Part shown: positions 59,830-64,000 of the stretch, piece after piece
Position numbering within the stretch: position 1 is the first letter of the stretch
Layout of the letters: each line of letters opens with the position of its first letter
From: Octopus sinensis
Lineage: Eukaryota
Assembly: GCF_006345805.1 (NCBI RefSeq)
Contig: NC_043010.1
Coordinates: 1,488,001-1,552,000, forward strand
Direction: 5' to 3'
DNA: 64,000 bases
Program-made: the position numbers and the translations under genes
Notes under the pieces: model-generated
What the model saw: the letters and a program-made list of their open reading frames with translations, nothing else
Told to the model about the DNA's origin: nothing
Databases searched by the model: none

Positions 59830-60269
59830 TTGTATTTATATATATAGACATAATTACAAATATATTATATATGCGCACATAGGTGCAAATGCACTGTGTG
59901 CGTACACGCATATGCTTTTAACGGGTGTATTTATGTGTGTTTGTCTGTGTGTATGTATGTATATAATTATAAACACTCATAAAGCACACACGAACGTATG
60001 TATGTATGTATGTATGTATAATATAAAACATACACACATATACATATATATATATATATTTATACACACACACTCGTTTATATATATATATGAACACACT
60101 CACACACACACATAAGTATATATTTGTGCGCATGTGTGCGTGTGTGTGTGTGTTCATTATCTCGGCAAAATAATGGATGGTGTTATAGACTTGGTTAGAG
60201 AAATGTTCAGCGGCACTTGCTTAAACATTTGAAATAACATAAAAATACACATGCTCGTCCACTTAGTCA

Positions 60270-60313
<44 letters not shown>

Positions 60314-60534
60314 AACCCATGATCACACATACGCGCACGCGCATGCATGTACTTAGGCTACTAGATCCTTACATCTTTGGAGCCTTTGTTCTTTAATGAG
60401 ACATACCCATGCATGCAAACATATATATACATTCATATATGCACACATACATACATACATATATACTACATACATACATACATACATACATACATACATA
60501 CATACATACATACATACATACATACATACATACA

Positions 60535-60725
60535 CGCTGAACTCTTGAGGAATCTCCAGCTACTCTATCCAAATTACAAGTTCAGGTTTGTACCTGTAAT
60601 TATTGAGGCACTAGTATATATAATACACTGCCTAAATACCAATATTAAGAAATTAAGCTTCTCAAAACCAAGAAGATGAAAGCTACAAATTCAAGCCATT
60701 ACTGGAACTGAAGTTTATCATTTAA
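60535..60725 (+). mobile_element. 3'-terminal endonuclease-domain fragment of a second R4-like element
   Basis: Translation AELLRNLQLLYPNYKFRFVPVIIEALV resembles the Dong C-terminus (KYKDL...IPVVIGALG); directly follows (TACA)n. Confidence 0.55.
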
Positions 60726-60922
60726 GTATATACAGATATATATATACAGATGCCCTGCGCGTAATTCCTCCAAATTATTGTGTTTCCACTGCATGAAAGT
60801 ATTGTATATTGAATAGCATTTTTCTCTCACTGGATGGAGTAATATTTTTGTTGATCCTCCAAATAACGGAACGTTAAGCTACAAACACACGTGCGCACAC
60901 ACATACACACATATATGTATAC

Positions 60923-60957
<35 letters not shown>

Positions 60958-61296
60958 ACATTCTTCTAATGTTGGTAGGTTCAAGAGAGAAAGTACTCCA
61001 TCTTGTGAGAGATAAATGTCGTTTAATATACACGAGTTTTAACTTCGGGTTACTATTGGTTGCAAACTGTGAAGACACGATGATCGGACGGCAAGCGTGT
61101 ATGGCGTGCCATGCGTTTCCAGGCAACCGTTAAGAGTCAAATATACAACATGGCTGATCTTCGGAAAAGCGATAAAGGAAGATTCTCTTTGAAAACAAAC
61201 GAGAAAGGACGCTGGTCTGTGGAATAAAAAAAAAGACTACATACTTATTCCGCAGTGGCGGGGGGGGGGGTTACAGCTGAATAAAAGAAACTTTTC

Positions 61297-61498
61297 TCTC
61301 TTTACTCTCTTATTCTTTTACTTGTTTCAGTCATTTGACTGCGGCCATGCTGGAGCACCGCCTTTAGTCGAGCAAATCGACCCCAGGACTTATTCTTTGT
61401 AAGCCTAGTACTTATTCTATCGGTCTCTTTTGCCGAAGCGCTAGGTTACGGGGACGTAAACACACCAGCATCGGTTGTCAAGCGACGTTGGTGGGACA
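61297..61498 (-). mobile_element. SINE family A, 3' half (other partial or degenerate copies near 1700-1890, 3690-4335, 9440-9905, 57512-58240)
   Basis: Contains CTTGTTTCAGTCATTTGACTGCGGCCATGCTGGAGCACCGCC, as in the complete copies. Confidence 0.8.
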
Positions 61499-61867
61499 AC
61501 GGTGGACTGGGCGATGCGTTGTGTTCTTGAGCAAAACACTTCATTTCACGTTGCTCCAGTCCACTCAGCTGGCAAAAATGAGTAACGCTGCGATGGACTG
61601 GAGACCCGTCCAGCTGGGAACACATGACCCTGGCTAGGCTTTAAAAGGGCGCAATATATTATTTTTTGATACTTGCACACACACACACAAGTATATTATA
61701 TATATATATATATATTATATATATAATATCTAATATAATATATATATAATATATAATATATATATATATTAGTCAATTTAGGGTAGCAAAAAAATTCAAT
61801 AGAAATTTATCGCAACCAGCGGCCTGGTGAAAAAGAGAAAATAGTCATCGACTAAATATATAAATAT

Positions 61868-61997
61868 AACGATTTTGGAGTGACCCCAACAGGTCACTCG
61901 TCCACCAGAAAGAGCAGCCATAACTCACACCGCCGTGTGAGTTATGGCTGCTCTTTCTGGTGGACGAGTGACCTGTTGGGGTCACTCCTAAATCGTT
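61868..61997. repeat. 130-bp near-perfect palindrome (63-bp arms, 4-nt loop, one mismatch)
   Basis: 61868-61930 is the reverse complement of 61935-61997 except T61876/T61989. Confidence 0.97.
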
Positions 61998-61998
61998 T

Positions 61999-62030
<32 letters not shown>

Positions 62031-62035
62031 ATATC

Positions 62036-62553
<518 letters not shown>

Positions 62554-63534
62554 ATATATATATATATATGAAACAAAATAATAAATAAAACATATGCATA
62601 TATACATACATATATGTACGTACCTACATCTATATGTATATATACATGTATATATGGGTACAGGACACCAAAAAAAAAAAAAACGTCCGCCTCTGTTTCA
62701 TCTACTCCGCGTTTCGAAGATATATATATATGACGGATTTCTTTGAGTTTCTGCTTACCAAATTCAATCACAAGGCTAGAGTTTCCGTCTACTAAATTTA
62801 CTCACAGAGCTATTGTAGAAGAGTCTTGCCGACGATACCATGCAGTGGGATTGAATCCAGAACCATATGATTCGAAAGTAAACTATTTACCACGTAGACT
62901 CGCCTGCGCTTATTGATAAACAAAATATAAAAAAAGAAGGGTAAAATGGGAGAGAGCTATGTTTTAAATATGCTTAGTCATTGAGAAATAACCGACGTAC
63001 ACATCGAGGTTCATGTGATAAAATAGTTATCGTCTGCTGACCTTAAAACGATGTGTTTCTATTGTCGTTCTATTTGATGAGAAATAATTTCAACAAGGAA
63101 CATCGCAGACGTATAACCATCGATGATCTACTTATTAAGATATTATTATTGCTTATTATTATATTTGAAAGTATAATCTATCATTGTGTACCGTCTACAG
63201 AAGCATTTAAATATTACGTTTATGTGGGAATTTATAACTATTATGGGATGTTGATCGGAAAATGTAACTATTATGGGATGAATTTCTATGAGAGTTAAGT
63301 ACGTGTACACATACTATACACACTTGTGTGTGCGTTTATATACATACATATATATATATATATATTTATATACACATATATATATACATATATGTATATA
63401 TACATATTTATATAAAAGGTATTTATATATTATATATATATTTAAGGTATTTATGTTATATATATATATGGTATTTTATGTTATATATATATATATATAT
63501 ATAATATATATTGTATATTTAAGGTATCTATGTT

Positions 63535-63573
<39 letters not shown>

Positions 63574-64000
63574 GGTATTTATGTTTATTATATATATATA
63601 TATAATATATATATGTATATTTAATGTATCTATGTTATATATATATATATATGGTATTTATGTTTTATATATATATATATGCCACACACGCCACACTTAC
63701 ACACACACACACACATATGATATATACTGATATATATATATAAATGATATTATGTTTAATATATAAATATACATATATATGTATAATATATATATATATA
63801 TATATATATTATATAATATATATACATATATATATATACATTTATATAAACATACATATATATATGTGTATATATATATATATATATATGGACAAACACA
63901 CACATACGCATACACACACACATTAATACATATGGTACGTACGTACATACATATCTATGGGGATTTGTATTTATGTATGTGTATAGGTATGTATATTGAT

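Overview
AT-rich, microsatellite-saturated eukaryotic DNA; an octopus (coleoid cephalopod) origin is inferred from the protocadherin type and SINE families. The one supportable host gene is a minus-strand protocadherin with six cadherin repeats. Its coding sequence splices from three exons with matching phases (47825-45420, 33723-33570, 18784-18510; 944 aa), plus an unlocated upstream 5' UTR exon. The rest is mobile DNA: a full-length but frameshifted R4/Dong-type retrotransposon between (TAA)n tracts, relics of RTE, HERO-like, mariner and maT elements, several tRNA-derived SINE families, a 664-bp tandem duplication and a near-perfect 130-bp palindrome. The most unusual observation is a minimal type I hammerhead ribozyme fold (39477-39522) in a unit that starts with a tRNA-like SINE head; two more hammerhead-like motifs occur elsewhere. 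All calls were made by eye without database searches, and repeat boundaries are approximate.
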